Shown here: positions 50,895 to 51,740 of the stretch, piece after piece
Numbering within the stretch: position 1 is the first letter of the stretch
How the letters are laid out: each line of letters starts with the position of its first letter
Assembly: GCF_001194135.2 (NCBI RefSeq)
Contig: NC_068985.1
Coordinates: 101,902,100 to 101,953,839, forward strand
Direction of reading: 5' to 3'
Length of the DNA stretch: 51,740 nt
Origin: Octopus bimaculoides
Taxonomy: Eukaryota
Notes under the pieces: generated by a model
Told to the model about the DNA's origin: nothing
The model's database searches: none
Seen by the model: the letters and a program-made list of their open reading frames with translations, nothing else
Translations under genes and position numbers: made by a program

Positions 50895-51740
50895 TGCCTG
50901 TCTGTCTGTCTGTGTTTGTGCGTGTTTTGTGTGTGTGGTGCTTGTGTATGTGTTTGCATGTATGTATATATATATATAATTCCAACTACATTTTCCTGTG
51001 TACAGTAACGAAGCTGGACACGTACCTCGATAACACGAGGTAAAATATGCCTTACAGCTGTTCGTGATCGTCCAGGTACCAAATAAATGTCCCGTTTTTT
51101 AAAGTTTCTAACTCCCTACGCTTTCCTGTTTATCATTTTCTAGCCATTTTGAATACCTAAATATCTCAATACCTGAAGTTTGATATTTGAAAAAGTCTTT
51201 GATAACCATACGTTATCTTTTCGGAAAAGAGACATCAACTATCAAACATTTCAAGTTTCTTCTCTATATTTACCTGTGCTTTTAATAACATGATTACCTC
51301 ACTAAATATATTCCGCACGTGACAGAGTTATTCAATGTATCTTCCCTCAGTACAGACACAAATCTCAGTCCTTGGATGTATGATTAATAAATTCTCTACC
51401 ACTAAACTCTCCACCGTTATCATGGTTTTCATCCATTGAAAGTTTGCAACTGCATGATGTTATTACTCTTATTTGAATTTACTGGCTTCGTATACTTTAC
51501 GGAATAAATGTAAATGTTCTATGTCTGATTTTGTCTCTTTCTCTCTCTCTTTGTCCATCTCTCCTCTCTCTCTCAATCTTCCTCCCTGTCACTTTCTCTC
51601 TCGCAAAACTCACCACATGTAAACATGTCTATTCAGATAATACCATAATTAATTCAAACCGTATCCTTCTGTACATATATCTTGCATACTATAGGAAGAT
51701 GTATTTTAACTCCGACCTCTAATATATATATATATATATA

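Overview
AT-rich, gapped eukaryotic genomic DNA with eight N-runs, most of them flanked by microsatellites. It reads as intronic or intergenic sequence. The tRNA-derived SINE families look like those I recall from octopus (coleoid cephalopod) genomes; that is recognition from memory, not a database hit. I can support no intact host gene, rRNA, tRNA or CRISPR array, and almost all ORFs in the supplied track are microsatellite or N-gap artefacts. Supported content: (1) about 25 copies of four tRNA-derived SINE families, one of which forms head-to-tail arrays and an inverted pair; (2) decayed mariner transposase fragments and a TIR-bounded mariner MITE; (3) a CR1/L2-like RT remnant, an RTE-like remnant, and the 3' end of an RLE-type (R4/Dong-like) LINE inside a (TAA)n tract; (4) a deleted Gypsy provirus with discordant LTRs, followed directly by a CCHC zinc-knuckle ORF; (5) a ~380 bp direct duplication with a cryptic coding signal; (6) a perfect 18-bp hairpin and a few low-confidence splice-site-bounded exon candidates on the + strand. 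All identity figures are hand counts.
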